Of a stretch of DNA of 64,000 nt, positions 61,639 to 64,000 are shown one piece after another. The stretch covers positions 334 to 64,333 of the forward strand of contig JAKOZT010000064.1 in assembly GCA_029779845.1 (NCBI GenBank), written 5' to 3'. The position numbers and the translations under genes were made by a program. The notes below the pieces were generated by a model. That model was given only the letters and a program-made list of their open reading frames with translations, was not told the DNA's origin and ran no database searches. The first letter of the stretch is position 1, and each line of letters opens with the position of its first letter. This DNA comes from Pseudomonadota bacterium (lineage in GTDB: Bacteria > Pseudomonadota > Gammaproteobacteria > Burkholderiales > Burkholderiaceae_C).

Positions 61639-63249
61639 TCAGTCGATGATGAACACGCGCAGCGATTGCGCCTGCATGCCGACGCTGGCGTTGCCGCCGG
61701 CATCGGCCTGAACGTCGGTGCCGCCGCTCGGAAAGGCATTGGCGAGGATCGCGTTGGCGGGCAGGCCGGCGGCATTCACCACGGCCTGCGCCGTGCCGTA
61801 GTTGATCAGCACCACGGCGCGCTGGTTGCCCTCGATGCGCTGGAAGCTCAGTGTCGTTCCGGAGGCCGTGGCGCCGGCGTGCGTGCCGCGTGTCAGCGAC
61901 GGGTAGGCCTTGCGCAGCGCGATCACGGTCTTGTACCAGTTGAGCAGCGAGCCGCTGCTGACCTGCTGCGTCTGCACGTTGTAGCTGGAGACGTTCGCAG
62001 ACAACGCGCGGAACGGCGTGCCGGTCGTGAAGCCGGCGCGGCTCGTGTCGGCCGTCCAGCTCATCGGCGTGCGCAGCTTGGGATCGCCACCGAGGCTGGC
62101 CGCGCCGCGCATGCCGATCTCCTCGCCGTAGTAGATGAAGGGCGTGCCGGGCTGCAGCAGGTAGGTGGCGGCGGCGAGCTTGTACTGGGCTTCGTTGCCG
62201 TTGAACTGGTCCATCGCCCGATCGCCGGCGAAGCTGTCGTGGTTGGACAGCATCGTCGACATGCTCGAAGGTGCGGTGTTGAAGTAGTTCGCCACCGCAG
62301 TGATCGCCGCCGCGTTGCCCTTGGCCGCGTTGACGAGGTCGGCCTGATGCCCGAACGCAAACGCGCTGCCGCAGGCCGGCGCGAACTGCAGCGGCGCCGA
62401 CGGCCCTTCGCAGACGATGAAGCGGTTCGCATACGAGCCCGCCACCAAGTCGCGCACGCCGCTCATCAGCGTGAAGTTCTCCGGCTGGTTCTCCCACGCC
62501 GCCGGCCCGTTCTCGACCAGGTTGCCCACCGCATCGAAGCGGAAGCCGTCGACGCCGCGGTTCAGCCAGAAGCGCAGGTTGTCGTGGTGCCAGTTCACCA
62601 CCGACGCGTTCTTCAGGTTGAAGTCGGGCATCTGGTCCCAGAAGGGCGCGAAGTACCAGCCGTCTCGGCCGCTGCGCCACGGGTCGCCGCCGTAGATGCT
62701 CCAGCCGGCGGGCTTGCTGGCGCTGAACACGTACCAGCCGCGAAAGGCATTCGTGCTGCCGCTGTTGGCGTTGACGAAGGCCGGGTGCTGCGCCGCGCTG
62801 TGGTTCATCACGTAGTCGAGCACCACGCCGATGCCGCGCGCGTGCGCCTCGCTCAGCAGCTCGTCGAGGTCGGCGAGGCTGCCGTAGGCCGGCTCGATGG
62901 CGCGGTAGTCGGCGACGGCGTAGCCGTGATCGCCGTCCTGGCTGCGCGTGATCGGCATCAGCCAGAGGCCGGTGACGCCGAGGTCGCGCAGGTAGTCGAG
63001 CCGGCTCGTCAGGCCCTTCAAGTCGCCGATGCCGTCGCCGTTGCTGTCCTGGTAGGCGCGCACGAAGATCTCGGCGAAGGGGCCGCGGCGCCAGTCGGCG
63101 TTCAGCGTGCTGCCCGGGTCGGCGGCGGCGACGGTCGAGGTGTCGACGCCCGGCAGCGGCCCGCTCGAGCCTCCACCACCGCCGCCGCCACAGGCGGCGA
63201 GCAGCGCGAGGGTGGCGGCGAGGGCGAAGCGGCGGGGGGATGCGAGCAT
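61639..63249 (-). CDS. GH13 alpha-amylase family glycosidase, lipoprotein
   Basis: Complete track ORF. Lipobox LALLAACGGGGGG. GH13 regions I-IV: VVLDYVMNHS, GVDGFRFDAVGN, FIVCEGP, MLSNHDSF. Confidence 0.9.
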   Translation of the reverse strand: MLASPRRFALAATLALLAACGGGGGGGSSGPLPGVDTSTVAAADPGSTLNADWRRGPFAEIFVRAYQDSNGDGIGDLKGLTSRLDYLRDLGVTGLWLMPITRSQDGDHGYAVADYRAIEPAYGSLADLDELLSEAHARGIGVVLDYVMNHSAAQHPAFVNANSGSTNAFRGWYVFSASKPAGWSIYGGDPWRSGRDGWYFAPFWDQMPDFNLKNASVVNWHHDNLRFWLNRGVDGFRFDAVGNLVENGPAAWENQPENFTLMSGVRDLVAGSYANRFIVCEGPSAPLQFAPACGSAFAFGHQADLVNAAKGNAAAITAVANYFNTAPSSMSTMLSNHDSFAGDRAMDQFNGNEAQYKLAAATYLLQPGTPFIYYGEEIGMRGAASLGGDPKLRTPMSWTADTSRAGFTTGTPFRALSANVSSYNVQTQQVSSGSLLNWYKTVIALRKAYPSLTRGTHAGATASGTTLSFQRIEGNQRAVVLINYGTAQAVVNAAGLPANAILANAFPSGGTDVQADAGGNASVGMQAQSLRVFIID

Positions 63250-63409
63250 GGGCGCGACTCTAGCGAGGCGCCGGATGAAAGGGGCGTAGTTCGGCCGCTA
63301 CAGCGCGGAGTGCATCCGAAACTGGGGAAAATCCGGGGCTCTTGAAACAGCGCGATGTGTCCCCACCCTCGTCGCGCCGGTGATCGGCGCGACTTGCATT
63401 TCCACGACC

Positions 63410-64000
63410 ATGAGCAAACAGACGCTTTCCTTCCAGGCCGAGGTCAAGCAGATCCTGCACCTCGTCACCCACTCGCTGTACTCCAACAAGGAGATCTTCC
63501 TGCGCGAGCTGGTCTCCAACGCCTCCGACGCCTGCGACAAGCTGCGCTTCGAGGCGCTCGATGCGCCCGAGCTGTTCGAGGACGCGCCCAACCTCGAGGT
63601 GCGCGTCGCGTTCGACGCCGAAGCGAAGACGATCACGATCACCGACAACGGCATCGGCCTGTCCGAGCCCGAGGCGGTGGCCAACCTGGGCACCATCGCC
63701 AAGAGCGGCACGCGCGAGTTCATGGCCGCGCTCGAGGGCGACAAGCGCAAGGACGCGCAGCTGATCGGCCAGTTCGGCGTCGGCTTCTACAGCGGCTTCA
63801 TCGTCGCCGACCGCATCACCGTCGAATCGCGCCGCGCCGGCCTGAAGCCGGAAGAGGGCGTGCGCTGGGCCAGCGACGGCAGCGGCGACTTCGAGGTCGA
63901 GACCATCATGCGCCCCGAGCGCGGCACCAGCGTGACGCTGCATTTGCGCGAGGGCGAGGAGGAGTTCCTCTCCGGCTGGAAGCTGCGCTCGATCATCGGC
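63410..64000 (+). CDS. htpG: molecular chaperone HtpG (Hsp90), 5' partial (runs off the window)
   Basis: Absent from the ORF track because there is no stop within the window. ATG at 63410; translation is [76 protein letters not shown]. Confidence 0.9.
   Translation, partial: MSKQTLSFQAEVKQILHLVTHSLYSNKEIFLRELVSNASDACDKLRFEALDAPELFEDAPNLEVRVAFDAEAKTITITDNGIGLSEPEAVANLGTIAKSGTREFMAALEGDKRKDAQLIGQFGVGFYSGFIVADRITVESRRAGLKPEEGVRWASDGSGDFEVETIMRPERGTSVTLHLREGEEEFLSGWKLRSIIG

Overview
High-GC, gene-dense chromosomal window. Hand-counted 60-nt lines are about 77% GC in core genes. The gene content looks betaproteobacterial (Burkholderiales-like), which is an inference from that content. I saw no rRNA, tRNA, CRISPR array, transposase or integrase. 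Because of the GC content, most long ORFs in the six-frame track are off-frame or antisense artefacts that translate to Arg/Ala/Pro/Gly-rich sequence. I called genes only where the translation has normal composition, recognisable motifs, or start/stop coupling.

Main result: the left 24 kb (40-24097, minus strand) is one tightly coupled seven-gene operon encoding 207, 3286, 670, 340, 1334, 1733 and 360 aa proteins.
- Four of the products have no motif I can recognise.
- The 3286-aa protein has only a beta-rich core that resembles DUF6603 from memory.
- The two distal genes carry the only recognisable chemistry: two astacin-type metzincin domains, a BNR/Asp-box propeller, a beta-lactamase-like SxxK domain and a PPC domain.
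- I see no signal peptide and no Walker A motif in any of the seven.
This is my candidate for an undescribed system. Its function is unknown.

The rest of the window contains:
- norE/F-like cytochrome oxidase subunit III/IV family genes and a Crp/Fnr regulator.
- A lower-GC block encoding secreted proteins plus an orphan gspI-J-K minor-pseudopilin set.
- A Fur-box-fronted operon: TonB receptor, Ca-binding repeat protein, ABC transporter, NnrS.
- A lower-GC ParS/RES toxin-antitoxin pair plus an H-NS-like gene.
- A UvrD-like helicase, a SUI1/YciH homologue, an OlsB-like acyltransferase, and a LysR/EamA pair.
- GGT, an M16 peptidase, a TRIC channel, and an RlmN-family radical-SAM gene whose 3' end is built from a REP-like repeat.
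- A TPR-HTH regulator divergent from a leaderless clostripain-like (C11) peptidase that carries a 21-bp tandem repeat.
- A phosphofructokinase, a DUF2306 protein, a GH13 amylase lipoprotein and the 5' part of htpG.
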